DNA of 51,122 nucleotides, from positions 1 through 51,122 of the forward strand of contig CAYGGI010000001.1 of the NCBI GenBank assembly GCA_964349525.1, given 5' to 3'. Positions 15,644 to 25,668 of the stretch are shown one piece after another (position 1 is the stretch's first letter; each line of letters begins with the position of its first letter). This DNA is from an uncultured Candidatus Saccharibacteria bacterium. GTDB lineage: Bacteria > Patescibacteriota > Minisyncoccia > Phycocordibacterales > PALSA-1337. The notes beneath the pieces are model-generated. The model was not told the DNA's origin. It saw only the letters and a list, made by a program, of their open reading frames with translations, and made no database searches. The position numbers were made by a program, and so were the translations under genes.

Positions 15644-17371
15644 ATGAACGAAGAAAGGATCACATATTTCGCCGAAACCGACGCCCGAAATAAAAAGGTA
15701 AAATTTGGTATCAAGGCCAAGGATCGTACCCGCCATGTCTATGTCATTGGAAAAACTGGTATGGGAAAATCGACCCTGCTAGAGAACATGGCTGTGCAGG
15801 ATATTAAAAATGGGGAAGGTATCGCCTTCATCGACCCGCACGGCAAGACTGCTGATCTCCTCCTCGAATACATTCCACCGGAGCGTATCAAGGATGTCAT
15901 ATATTTCGCGCCCTTCGATACTGACTACCCGATTTCATTTAACGTCCTCGAGAGTGTCGATCCTGACAAGCGCCACCTCGTCGTCTCCGGACTCATGAGC
16001 ACCTTCAAGAAAATCTGGCAGGATGCCTGGTCCGCCCGCATGGAATATATTCTCACGAACACGCTCCTCGCGCTCCTCGAATATCCAGACGCTACGCTTC
16101 TCGGTGTTAACCGTATGTTGTCGGATAAAAAATTCAGAGAAAAAGTCGTAGCAAATGTGAGCGACCCGGCTGTCAAATCTTTTTGGGTTGAAGAATTCGC
16201 CCACTACACGGAGCGCATGGCGGCAGAGGCGGTTCCAGCGATCCAGAACAAGATCGGGCAATTCACTGCGAACGCGCTCATCAGGAACATGATCGGCCAG
16301 GCCAAGTCCTCTTTCAATATCCGTGAAGTCATGGATCAAAAGAAGATCATGATCATCAACCTTTCGAAGGGTCGCATCGGTGAAACAAATGCCAATCTTC
16401 TCGGAGGAATGCTCATTACGAAAATTTTTCTTGCCGCCCTTTCTCGCGCGGATGTGCCCGACCGCGTCTTGAAAGGTCTCCCGAACTTTTACCTGTTCGT
16501 TGACGAGTTCCAGTCGTTTGCCAATGAGTCATTTGCCGATATTCTCTCCGAGTCGCGCAAATACAAGCTCAACCTCACGATGGCGCACCAGTACATAGAA
16601 CAAATGGAAGAAGAGGTGCGCGCAGCGGTCTTCGGCAACGTCGGGACGATGATCGTCTTCCGTGTCGGAGCATATGACGCTGAGATTCTCGAAAAGGAAT
16701 TCGCGCCGCAGTTCACGGCCGAGGATATTGTAAATCTCGGGTTTGCTCAGATATATTTAAAACTTATGATCGATGGTATTGGCTCCGCACCATTTTCCGC
16801 AACAACTCTCGGCCCGATCCCTCAACCAGAAAAATCAAACATGCAGGAAGCTATGACAATGTCCCGAGCGCAGTTTGCTCATACTCGCGCTGAGGTAGAA
16901 AAAGCAATTGCCGAATGGCATGAGCCGGTAGCTCCACCTCCGCCACCGCCGAGACCAAAGCCACAGGTAGCTTCGCAACCGATGACGCAACCTGTTCATG
17001 TTGCACCAGCGCCCGTACTAATGCCAAAACCTCTTCCGAAACCATCTGCACCAGTTGTAACACCCATTCCCGTACCAACTCACAAACCCTTCGCCGCGCC
17101 ATTATCTGTTCCACTTTCAAATCTGGTTCAGAAACCGCAAACAAAAGTGAATTCAAAAGACGCGTCTCCAGAACGGGTCAATGAATTGCGGAATGCTCTC
17201 GCCTCTGTCCTCGGCTCAATGCCGAAAAAGCCTGCCGAAAAACCAGCACCAGCGCCTGCACCTCACTCCCAACCGGTTCCTCCCCAAGCTCCACCAGCAC
17301 CGAAACCTCCGCAAGATTCTACACAAGAAGTCTCCGAAGATGTACTGAAAAGCGTTCTTAAGGTAAAGTAA
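15644..17371 (+). CDS. VirD4/TraD-like (type IV coupling protein-like) P-loop ATPase without N-terminal TM segments, plus a proline-rich disordered tail of about 170 aa
   Basis: Walker A GKTGMGKST, Walker B-like FYLFVDEFQ and MAHQYIEQM. The tail is PVAPPPPPPRPKPQ...PAPAPAPHSQPVPPQAPPAPKPPQ. Confidence 0.7.
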   Translation: MNEERITYFAETDARNKKVKFGIKAKDRTRHVYVIGKTGMGKSTLLENMAVQDIKNGEGIAFIDPHGKTADLLLEYIPPERIKDVIYFAPFDTDYPISFNVLESVDPDKRHLVVSGLMSTFKKIWQDAWSARMEYILTNTLLALLEYPDATLLGVNRMLSDKKFREKVVANVSDPAVKSFWVEEFAHYTERMAAEAVPAIQNKIGQFTANALIRNMIGQAKSSFNIREVMDQKKIMIINLSKGRIGETNANLLGGMLITKIFLAALSRADVPDRVLKGLPNFYLFVDEFQSFANESFADILSESRKYKLNLTMAHQYIEQMEEEVRAAVFGNVGTMIVFRVGAYDAEILEKEFAPQFTAEDIVNLGFAQIYLKLMIDGIGSAPFSATTLGPIPQPEKSNMQEAMTMSRAQFAHTRAEVEKAIAEWHEPVAPPPPPPRPKPQVASQPMTQPVHVAPAPVLMPKPLPKPSAPVVTPIPVPTHKPFAAPLSVPLSNLVQKPQTKVNSKDASPERVNELRNALASVLGSMPKKPAEKPAPAPAPHSQPVPPQAPPAPKPPQDSTQEVSEDVLKSVLKVK

Positions 17372-17379
17372 TTAAAAAC

Positions 17380-18549
17380 ATGCCACGAAGAGCCCTCATA
17401 TTTTCATTAGCCTACTACCCCCACCTCGTAGGGGGAGCTGAGGTCGCCGTCAAAGAAATCACCGATAGAATAGGGTCGGAGGATATTGAGTTTGATATGG
17501 TTACGCTCTACGCTGGGGCTTCGAGATTCCAGCGCATCGGTAATGTCAATGTCTACCGTGTCGGTCCGAAGATTCGCATCATCGGAAATACCGTTCCCGC
17601 AATTTCATATTTGATAAAATTCCAGTATGTCGCATTCGCTTTTTTCAAAGCTCTTACACTCCACCATCGTCGTCATTACGACTTTACCTACTCTGTCATG
17701 GCGAGCTTCAACGCTTTTTCAAATTTATTTTTCAAATGGATTCATCCTAGAGTTCCCTTTTTCCTCAATCTTCAGGAAGGGGATTCACCGGAGCATATAA
17801 AGAAAGCGACTTCGATCATGTACCCGCTCTACCTGAAGATTTTTAAAAAAGCCGATCACATTCAGGCGATATCGAACTTTCTCGCTGATTATGCCAGAAA
17901 AATTGGGGCGACTTGCCCAATTTCTGTCATTCCGAACGGTGTTGATTTTAAATTCTTTTCTGTGCCCTCTCCGCAGAGTCAAATTAAAGCTCTTCTCCAT
18001 GAGCTCGAGATTGATCCCTTCGACACTGTTCTCATTACAACCTCACGCTTGGTGCAGAAAAATGGGGTAGGGGATATTATTGACTCGCTTGCTCATTTGC
18101 CTCCAACCGTCAAATTTCTCATCCTCGGCACCGGTCCCCTCGAAGAGATGTTGAAAGAAAAGACGAAGCTTTTGAAACTCGAAAGTCGCGTGCGTTTCGT
18201 CGGCTTTGTTCCGCATCGCGAGTTGCCGATATATCTCCAGGCTTCGAATATTTTCATCCGCCCCTCGCTCTCGGAAGGAATGGGAGTATCTTTTATCGAA
18301 GCCATGGCGGCGGGATTACCCGTGATCGCTACACCAGTTGGGGGAATTCCTGATTTCTTGACGGATGGTCAGACGGGGCTTTTTTGTAAAGTTGAAAATC
18401 CGGAAAGTATCGCGGAAAAAGTAGATGTTTTGATGAAAGACAAAGAGTTTCGAGAGTCCCTCGTGAAAAATGCAAAGGAAATGGTGAGGACGAAGTATGA
18501 TTGGGGATTGATTGCGGGGGAGATGAGAGGTGTTTTCGAGAGCCTTTAA
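17380..18549 (+). CDS. Glycosyltransferase, GT4 family (GT-B fold)
   Basis: EGMGVSFIEAMAAGLPVIATPVGGIPDF (E-x7-E region). 8-nt gap after the ATPase gene. Confidence 0.85.
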   Translation: MPRRALIFSLAYYPHLVGGAEVAVKEITDRIGSEDIEFDMVTLYAGASRFQRIGNVNVYRVGPKIRIIGNTVPAISYLIKFQYVAFAFFKALTLHHRRHYDFTYSVMASFNAFSNLFFKWIHPRVPFFLNLQEGDSPEHIKKATSIMYPLYLKIFKKADHIQAISNFLADYARKIGATCPISVIPNGVDFKFFSVPSPQSQIKALLHELEIDPFDTVLITTSRLVQKNGVGDIIDSLAHLPPTVKFLILGTGPLEEMLKEKTKLLKLESRVRFVGFVPHRELPIYLQASNIFIRPSLSEGMGVSFIEAMAAGLPVIATPVGGIPDFLTDGQTGLFCKVENPESIAEKVDVLMKDKEFRESLVKNAKEMVRTKYDWGLIAGEMRGVFESL

Positions 18550-18565
18550 TGCTAGACTTATCCCC

Positions 18566-19570
18566 ATGAATATCCTGATCGCTACCGGCATTTATCCACC
18601 CGCTCTCGGAGGACCGGCGCAATATGCCTATAACATGGGGATAGAGTGGGGAAAAGCTGGGCATAAGGTGGGGATAAAGACATATACTTTTGAACATAAG
18701 CTACCAAAGGTTATTTCCCATATGTGCTACTTTCTCAAGATTATTCCGGCAGTTATTTGGGCAGATTTCATTTATGGACTAGACACATCGGCAGTTGGTT
18801 TTCCTGCGGTGTTTGCATCAAAGATATTTGGTAAGAAGATAATCATCCGTACGGGAGGTGATAGATTGTGGGAAGAATATGTAGAAAGAACTCGCAAATT
18901 GGTACTTTTTAAAGATTTTTATGTAACGACGAGAAATAAATGGTCATTAAAAGACAGGGCTCTTTTCAAAGTAAGTCAGTGGACAATGCAGAATGTTTCC
19001 GCTCTCGTCTTTTCAACAGCGTGGCAGAGAGATATTTTTATTTCAGCATATGACCTCCCAAAGGATCACATACATGTTATCGAAAATTATTATGGACCAA
19101 AAGAAGAGTCTTTTGAACCGATACGCAAGGATTTCATCGCGGGAGCGCGACCATTGCAGTGGAAAAATATTCAGATATTGAAAGAAGTCTTTACTTCGCC
19201 AGAAATTATCGACGCTGGCGCGACCTATCACAAGGAAACCTGTCCGCACGGAGAATTTATGGACAAAATTGCTCATTCTTATGCTTCTCTCCTCGTTTCT
19301 CTCGGTGACATCAGTCCAAATATAATCCTCGATACGATTCGTCATAACAAACCATTCATAATTACCGAGGAAAACGGCCTTATGGATCGTATAAAAGACA
19401 TTGCCATTACTGTGAATCCAAAAGATCCAAAAGACATAAAAAATAAAATCCTCTGGCTCTGTAACAAAGAAAATTACGATGCGCAGGTGCAAAAGATCAA
19501 AAACTTTAATTTTACCCATACCTGGGAACAGATCGCGCGGGAAGTTATAGAACTCTACAAAAAACTATGA
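18566..19570 (+). CDS. Glycosyltransferase-like protein (GT-B, GT4-like N-terminus)
   Basis: MNILIATGIYPPALGGPAQYAYN is a typical GT4 N-terminal beta-strand plus glycine loop. ORF trimmed to ATG 18566. Confidence 0.6.
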   Translation: MNILIATGIYPPALGGPAQYAYNMGIEWGKAGHKVGIKTYTFEHKLPKVISHMCYFLKIIPAVIWADFIYGLDTSAVGFPAVFASKIFGKKIIIRTGGDRLWEEYVERTRKLVLFKDFYVTTRNKWSLKDRALFKVSQWTMQNVSALVFSTAWQRDIFISAYDLPKDHIHVIENYYGPKEESFEPIRKDFIAGARPLQWKNIQILKEVFTSPEIIDAGATYHKETCPHGEFMDKIAHSYASLLVSLGDISPNIILDTIRHNKPFIITEENGLMDRIKDIAITVNPKDPKDIKNKILWLCNKENYDAQVQKIKNFNFTHTWEQIAREVIELYKKL

Positions 19571-20550
19571 AATTATTAATGATCTCAACTGATAGGAATA
19601 TGTTTAATAAAACGAGCGCTGTGGCTCTGCGCCAGATTGAGTACGCAAAAAAGTATGAGGAAGTGCATATTATTATTTTCTCAGATAAAAGTTTTAAAGA
19701 AGCCACTCTTGGTTCAAATATTTTTATTTACCCCACTCGTTCCATTTCCCGCTGGTTCTATGTCTTTGATGCACTTCGACTCGGCAGATTCATCGTCGAG
19801 AAGAGAAAAATAGGCGATGTGACCTGCCAGGATCCCTTTGAAACCGGCCTTGTCGGCGCACTCATCAGGAATCGCGAGCCAGTCTCACTCGAACTACAAA
19901 TACACACCGATATTGGCAGTCCGTATTTCCAAAAGTTCACATTTCTCAATAGAATCCGCACGCTCATTTCAAAATACGCTTTACCCCGCGCCGACCATAT
20001 CCGTCTCGTTTCCTACCGCATCATGGAGTATATCCAGAGGTTCGCCGAACCGTCGCATATCGAGGTGAGACCTATCGTCGTGGATGTGGAGAGGATAAGG
20101 AATGCACAGGTTACCAACAGCTTATCCACAAGATACCCCCAGTTCTCAAAAATAATCCTTATGGTCTCCCGACTTGAGAAAGAAAAAAATATTGAGATGG
20201 CACTCGAAGCCTTCAGGCTCGTACTTGCGCAGATTCCTGGTACAGGACTGGTGATCGTGGGCACGGGAAGTGAAGAAAAGAATTTAAAAAATATGGCTGA
20301 AAAACTTGGTATCGAGAAATCGGTAATTTTCGAGGGTTGGCAGAACGATACCGCCTCATACTACAAGACTTGCAATATATTTCTCAACACCTCATGGTAC
20401 GAAGGCTACGGTATGACGCTCGTAGAAGCTCATGCCGCCGGCGCGAAAATCGTCTCGACTGATGTTGGAGTGGCAAGGGAAGTCGGAGCGAGCATAACAC
20501 ATTTTGATAAAAAAGAAATAGCAAAGGCGACCACAGAAGCGCTCGTATGA
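19567..20550 (+). CDS. Glycosyltransferase, GT4 family
   Basis: SWYEGYGMTLVEAHAAGAKIVSTDVG. ATGA overlaps at both ends. Confidence 0.8.
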   Translation: MKLLMISTDRNMFNKTSAVALRQIEYAKKYEEVHIIIFSDKSFKEATLGSNIFIYPTRSISRWFYVFDALRLGRFIVEKRKIGDVTCQDPFETGLVGALIRNREPVSLELQIHTDIGSPYFQKFTFLNRIRTLISKYALPRADHIRLVSYRIMEYIQRFAEPSHIEVRPIVVDVERIRNAQVTNSLSTRYPQFSKIILMVSRLEKEKNIEMALEAFRLVLAQIPGTGLVIVGTGSEEKNLKNMAEKLGIEKSVIFEGWQNDTASYYKTCNIFLNTSWYEGYGMTLVEAHAAGAKIVSTDVGVAREVGASITHFDKKEIAKATTEALV

Positions 20551-21251
20551 AAAATGTTGTCATAATTCCCACATACAATGAGAAAGAGAATATCGAGACG
20601 GTTATCTCGCGGATCTTTACTCTTGTCCCTGACATATCGGTCACTGTCGTGGATGATAATTCTCCTGACGGAACTGCGACTATTGTGGAATCTCTCATGA
20701 GGAAATATCCACAACTGGCCATAATAAAGAGGCAGAAGAAGGAAGGGCTCGGCAAGGCGTACATCTGCGCCTTCAGGAAGATTCTCGAAGATAACGATGT
20801 TCGTTCAATAATCATGATGGATGCTGATCTATCTCACGATCCCGCAGTCCTTCCGGAAATGCTCGCGTATTCCGAGGAGTATGATGTCGTCATTGGTTCT
20901 CGGTATGTGAGGAGTGGTGGCACCGAAGGATGGGAATTATGGAGACGAGGCTTGAGTTTTTTTGCCAATATATATTGCAGGATGATCACTCGGTTACCGG
21001 TATACGACTGCACGGGAGGCTATAATCTCGTAAGCGTCAGCCTTCTGCGCAAGATTGACTTCAGCACTATGGATTCTTCAGGCTATGCGTTTCAAATGGA
21101 ACTCAAGTTCATGTTGTGGAAAGCCGGCGCTCGATTCAAGGAAATTCCCATAATCTTCAAGAATCGCGCCAACGGAGAGTCGAAGATCTCGAGTCATATC
21201 ATCCTGGAAGGAGTCAGGGCGCCTTGGAATATGGTATATTATTCAGAATGA
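20547..21251 (+). CDS. GT2 polyprenyl-phosphate hexosyltransferase (Dpm1/Ppm1/GtrB-like)
   Basis: VIIPTYNEKENIE, VVDDNSPDGT, GLGKAY and MDADLSHDP. At 234 aa it is a soluble catalytic domain only. Confidence 0.8.
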   Translation: MKNVVIIPTYNEKENIETVISRIFTLVPDISVTVVDDNSPDGTATIVESLMRKYPQLAIIKRQKKEGLGKAYICAFRKILEDNDVRSIIMMDADLSHDPAVLPEMLAYSEEYDVVIGSRYVRSGGTEGWELWRRGLSFFANIYCRMITRLPVYDCTGGYNLVSVSLLRKIDFSTMDSSGYAFQMELKFMLWKAGARFKEIPIIFKNRANGESKISSHIILEGVRAPWNMVYYSE

Positions 21252-22699
21252 AATCTCTAACCACTATTTTCAAGACGACAATTTTTCGTTACGCGATGGC
21301 TGGAGGCACCGCGTCTCTCGTGGATGTCCTCTTATTCAATCTTCTCGTGTATAAGAGCAGTATTCATTATATCGCAGCCATAGTCGTCTCGAGCACCATT
21401 TCGTTTTTTCTCCGTTTCTTTCTGCAAAAGCGCGCATTCGGAGCTTCGTCAAGGACGGATACTCGTACCCAGTTCGTGTTGTACACAGCCCTTTTTGCAA
21501 TCAGTGTTGGTTTGACCGCCGCGCTCATGTATGTATTTGTTGATCTCGTCCATATCCAGAAGTCTATTGCTCAAATCATTTCCATTCTCCTCGTCGCCAT
21601 TTTCTGCTTTTTTACGTATCGACATGTCATTTTTCCCGCAGGCAGGGTGAAGAGTGGTCAAATCAAAAAACTTCTCATTATCACTCAAAAAGTGGATAGA
21701 GATGATCCCGTACTCGGATTCTTTCATAAGTGGGTTGAGGAAATGTCAAAAAAATTCGAGTCGATCATTGTTATCTGCCTCGAGAAAGGTCGGTCTGAGT
21801 TACCGGAAAATGTCAAGGTCTTGTCGCTCGGAAAAGAGGAGAGGCAGTCCCGCCTCCAGTACATCATCCACTTCTACTGGTATATCTTGAGTGAAAAGAA
21901 AAATTATGACGCGGTCTTCGTCCATATGAATCAACAGTATGTCGTTCTCGGCGCATGCGTCTGGAAGGCTCTCCATAAGAGCATCTATATGTGGCGCAAC
22001 CATGTCGCGGGGAGCCTGACAACGAAGCTCGCGGTTCGGCTGTGCGACAAAGTCTTCTGCACATCTGAATTTTCGTATACAGCAAGATACAAGAAGGCTG
22101 TTATTATGCCTGTGGGTGTCAACACGAATTTATTTAAAAAGGAATTAGAAACGACGAAAATTCCGAAGTCCATACTCTTTTTAAGCAGAATGGCGCCTAT
22201 CAAGAAACCTGACATGGTGATTGAAGCTTTCTCGGAAATGAAAAGCCGGGGCGTAGATTTCAGAGCTTCTTTTTATGGCGATCCTTCTCCTCGCGATGTG
22301 GCGTATTATGATACCCTCAAGAAGAAAATTGTCGAGAATGGCCTTTCGGAATCGGTGGCATTACATGCAGGAATTTCGAACAGCGAGACTGTCAGTGTCT
22401 ACAATAGTCACGAGATTTTCGTGAACCTTACACCGAGCGGATCCTACGACAAAACCATCTTTGAAGCTATGGCCTGCGAAACCCTTATCCTCGCTTCCAA
22501 CCGCAGCCTCTACGGTCTCGTGCACGAAGACTTTATTTTCAAAGAAGGAGACATCGCTGATCTCACGGGGAAACTCGAGAAACTTTTAACATTGAGTGTG
22601 GAGGAACGACTCGAGAGAGGCAAGGAACTTCGTGCGACGGTGGTGGAAAGCCATTCGCTCGAAAAGCTCATAGAAAAATTCTCAAAACACATCATATAA
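21248..22699 (+). CDS. Fusion: GtrA-like 4-TM domain + GT4 glycosyltransferase
   Basis: N-terminus FRYAMAGGTASLVDVLLFNLLVY...FFTYRHVIF is GtrA-like. C-terminus GSYDKTIFEAMACETLILASN is GT4. ORF trimmed to ATG 21248 (ATGA overlap). Confidence 0.75.
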   Translation: MKSLTTIFKTTIFRYAMAGGTASLVDVLLFNLLVYKSSIHYIAAIVVSSTISFFLRFFLQKRAFGASSRTDTRTQFVLYTALFAISVGLTAALMYVFVDLVHIQKSIAQIISILLVAIFCFFTYRHVIFPAGRVKSGQIKKLLIITQKVDRDDPVLGFFHKWVEEMSKKFESIIVICLEKGRSELPENVKVLSLGKEERQSRLQYIIHFYWYILSEKKNYDAVFVHMNQQYVVLGACVWKALHKSIYMWRNHVAGSLTTKLAVRLCDKVFCTSEFSYTARYKKAVIMPVGVNTNLFKKELETTKIPKSILFLSRMAPIKKPDMVIEAFSEMKSRGVDFRASFYGDPSPRDVAYYDTLKKKIVENGLSESVALHAGISNSETVSVYNSHEIFVNLTPSGSYDKTIFEAMACETLILASNRSLYGLVHEDFIFKEGDIADLTGKLEKLLTLSVEERLERGKELRATVVESHSLEKLIEKFSKHII

Positions 22700-22701
22700 T
22701 T

Positions 22702-24510
22702 ATGAAACTCATATACCTGACTGCAAAAAGATACCCGGGCACCACGGCAGACCATCATTATGTGGAAAATTTGGCACGAGCCTTCGGCAGGGAACTGGGA
22801 GGGAAATTCACCTTCGTCGTCTCCGAAGCAGAAGAAGGCGCGCTTTCCGGTATTCCTCTCGTGCAGGTTGTGTCCCCGACCTTCCTCAAGCGGACACTCT
22901 TCTTTTTTTTCTGGATTCCATGGCACTGGTGTACGACTGTTAAAAAAGATGAGAATACCGTATTTTTTTCGAATGATCAGAACCTTCTTGCGCTTCTCAT
23001 CTTCTGGAAAAAACTTCTTTCGCTTTCATACAGGGTCGCGCCCGACTGGCACATGCTTTCACATACATGGAAAGACCGTTTCATCGCGCGCACTTCAGAC
23101 TGTTCCATCTCTACCTCGAGAAAGCTCGAGCGGGCGGTGCGCGAGCTTGCGCCCCTCGCGTCCATCCATACCGTATACGGGGCGGTCGACGGTTCGCCTT
23201 TCGAAAAGGAGATTGATAGGAAAACTCTTCGGGAGAAATTGAGTTTGCCTGCAGACAGGTTTCTCATAAGCTATGTTGGACTTTTCAAGACGATGAAGAT
23301 GGAAAAGGGTATTTCCACCATGATACGTGCATTATCGGAATTACCTTCAGACTGCGCAATGGTTTTTGTCGGAGGAAAGCCTGATGAAATAGGACAGTAT
23401 GCGGAAGAAGCTCGATTGCAAAATGTTTTTGATAGATGTATTTTTTTGCCCATACAAAGTTTTGAAAATGTTGTGAGATATGAAAGGGCGATGGATATCC
23501 TCGTCATCCCGTATCCTGATAAACCACACTTTCGTTCTTTCGGTTTCCCCATGAAAATCTATGAATACATGGCGAGCCGTACGCCCATTATCTACACGAA
23601 ACTTGAACTTCTCGAAGAGGTTGTCTCGGACTGCGCGAAAGGTGTTACGCCAGATTCTCCCTCCGAGCTCGCTCAAGCAATTTCTTTTCTCCGATCCCAT
23701 CCAGAGGAAGCCCGGGACATGGCGCTCAAAGCTTTCGAGAAGGCGAAACACTTGACGTGGGAGGCGAAAGCGCACCTCATTGTGAAGAAATTTGCTATAC
23801 TACCCATCGTGCTCCATATACCTCATAACGCTCTCGCGTACATCCTGTTTCAAAGAACAGAATTTTCTATATACGCGACGCGACGGTGGCTCCTACGCTT
23901 AGTTATGAACAGGCGCATTCCTATTTACAATGCGGCGGTAAGACTCGAAGCGTTCCTTTTTCCATCGAGGACCAAGCGGCTTTTTTCCGCAGATATGGAA
24001 AGGGAATATGATATTATAAAAGAGCATCTCCCTTCCAATCTCCATAATATTCTCGATATCGGCTGTGGCGTGGCCGGCATAGACATCATGATCCACGCGC
24101 ACAACAAGAATGCCAATTTTCACTTGCTCGATAAGACCGAAGTGAATTCAAAAGTCTACTACGGACTAGAAAAAGAGGCCGCCTACTACAATTCCCTCGG
24201 CATCGCAAAAGAGATGCTTGTGGCAAATGGTGTCGAATCTTCTCATGTCTTCCTGCAGGAAGTGACCGGCGCCCCCCTTTTTCCCGGGAAGAAATTTGAT
24301 CTGATCATTTCTCTCATCTCTTGGGGATTTCATTATCCGATCTCTACCTACCTCGACTATGCCTTAGACGCGCTCCTCCCGGGAGGAAGGCTCATCATCG
24401 ATGTTCGCAAGGATACCGACGGAGAAGCGCTTCTTGAAGAAAAATTTGGCCCGCTCCGCATCATATATGAAGCGCAGAAGTATCGCCGTCTTCTGGTTAT
24501 AAAAAAATAG
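22702..24510 (+). CDS. Fusion: GT4 glycosyltransferase + class I SAM-dependent methyltransferase
   Basis: GT4 FGFPMKIYEYMASRTPIIYT, then SAM motif I ILDIGCGVAGIDIM and LLPGGRLIIDV in the last 200 aa or so. Confidence 0.75.
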   Translation: MKLIYLTAKRYPGTTADHHYVENLARAFGRELGGKFTFVVSEAEEGALSGIPLVQVVSPTFLKRTLFFFFWIPWHWCTTVKKDENTVFFSNDQNLLALLIFWKKLLSLSYRVAPDWHMLSHTWKDRFIARTSDCSISTSRKLERAVRELAPLASIHTVYGAVDGSPFEKEIDRKTLREKLSLPADRFLISYVGLFKTMKMEKGISTMIRALSELPSDCAMVFVGGKPDEIGQYAEEARLQNVFDRCIFLPIQSFENVVRYERAMDILVIPYPDKPHFRSFGFPMKIYEYMASRTPIIYTKLELLEEVVSDCAKGVTPDSPSELAQAISFLRSHPEEARDMALKAFEKAKHLTWEAKAHLIVKKFAILPIVLHIPHNALAYILFQRTEFSIYATRRWLLRLVMNRRIPIYNAAVRLEAFLFPSRTKRLFSADMEREYDIIKEHLPSNLHNILDIGCGVAGIDIMIHAHNKNANFHLLDKTEVNSKVYYGLEKEAAYYNSLGIAKEMLVANGVESSHVFLQEVTGAPLFPGKKFDLIISLISWGFHYPISTYLDYALDALLPGGRLIIDVRKDTDGEALLEEKFGPLRIIYEAQKYRRLLVIKK

Positions 24511-24513
24511 ACT

Positions 24514-25656
24514 ATGAATAAAAGACTCTTCCTCATCTTTCATGGCAGATTCCCGAGCGAGAAGGCCGCCTCGCTCTTTGCGGCGAAAAGCGCGGAAGTT
24601 TTCGGATCTCAAGGATTGAAAACAACTCTCATTGTGCCGAGAAGGAGGGGTGCGCTTGCGGATGACCCGTATGTGTATTATGGAATAGAGCACTCGTTTG
24701 ATATTGTTTATATCAAGACCGTCGGGATTTTCGGCATAAGAATACTGGAGCCGTTGGCGTTCTGTCTCAGCTACTTCTTCTTCTCTCTCGGGACATTCTT
24801 TTACATTAAAAAAAATAGCAGTGTTGATGATATTATATATTCGAATGAGATTTTTCCTCTGGTTCTGGTCTCATATGCGCGTCCAAACTGTTTCTATGAA
24901 ATGCATGATTTTCCAGAAAGCAAAATCGCTATTTTTGGTTGGTGTTTAAAAAAGATGAAGTGGATTCTCATACATAATAAGTGGAAACTCATCGAAGTAA
25001 AAAAGATATTTCCGGAAATCTCTCTTACTCGCTTTCTTTACGAACCAAATGCTGTCGACATGACTGCTTTTAACCTTTCACTTTCTAAAGAAGAAGCTCG
25101 CGAGAAGTTGTCATTGCCAGTGACAAAGAAAATTGCCGTCTACACAGGCCACCTCTATGGATGGAAAGGGGTGCACACTCTCGCTGAATCGGCAGCACTT
25201 CTTTCTTCCGATTTTCTGGTTATTTTTGTCGGGGGAACAGTGGAAGATGTCGCGAAATTTCGAGAAAAATACGCCACTACCCCTCATATCTCCATAGTCG
25301 GTCATGTTAATCATGCAGAAATTCCTCTATGGCAGAAGGCTGCTGATGTTCTCGTCCTTCCCAACACTGCCAAGGAAAAGATTTCCGCTTTCTATACGTC
25401 TCCCATGAAGCTCTTCGAGTATATGGCGAGCGGTGTACCGATCGTGGCTACGGACATTCCCTCGATCCGGGAGATTGTGAATGATGAGAGTGCTGTGTTC
25501 GTCGAGCCGGACAATGCGCAAGCGTTGGCAGACGGGATAGTAAAAGCTGTAACGACAGAGATTGGTCCGAAGATTTCGGAACAGGCTTTCCGGGATGTCG
25601 AGAGTCATACGTGGGAGAAAAGGGCGAAAAGAATTGTTGATTTTATTGAGAAATAA
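24514..25656 (+). CDS. Glycosyltransferase, GT4 family
   Basis: YTSPMKLFEYMASGVPIVATDIPSIREIV. It is a paralogue of the GT4 half of the preceding gene. Confidence 0.85.
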   Translation: MNKRLFLIFHGRFPSEKAASLFAAKSAEVFGSQGLKTTLIVPRRRGALADDPYVYYGIEHSFDIVYIKTVGIFGIRILEPLAFCLSYFFFSLGTFFYIKKNSSVDDIIYSNEIFPLVLVSYARPNCFYEMHDFPESKIAIFGWCLKKMKWILIHNKWKLIEVKKIFPEISLTRFLYEPNAVDMTAFNLSLSKEEAREKLSLPVTKKIAVYTGHLYGWKGVHTLAESAALLSSDFLVIFVGGTVEDVAKFREKYATTPHISIVGHVNHAEIPLWQKAADVLVLPNTAKEKISAFYTSPMKLFEYMASGVPIVATDIPSIREIVNDESAVFVEPDNAQALADGIVKAVTTEIGPKISEQAFRDVESHTWEKRAKRIVDFIEK

Positions 25657-25668
25657 TGAAAAAATACC

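Noticed and set aside
16900-17330. G+C-rich stretch at the 3' end of the ATPase gene as a possible embedded RNA or repeat array
   Set aside because: It is explained by Pro/Ala codon bias in the proline-rich tail. No exact tandem DNA repeat unit could be traced.
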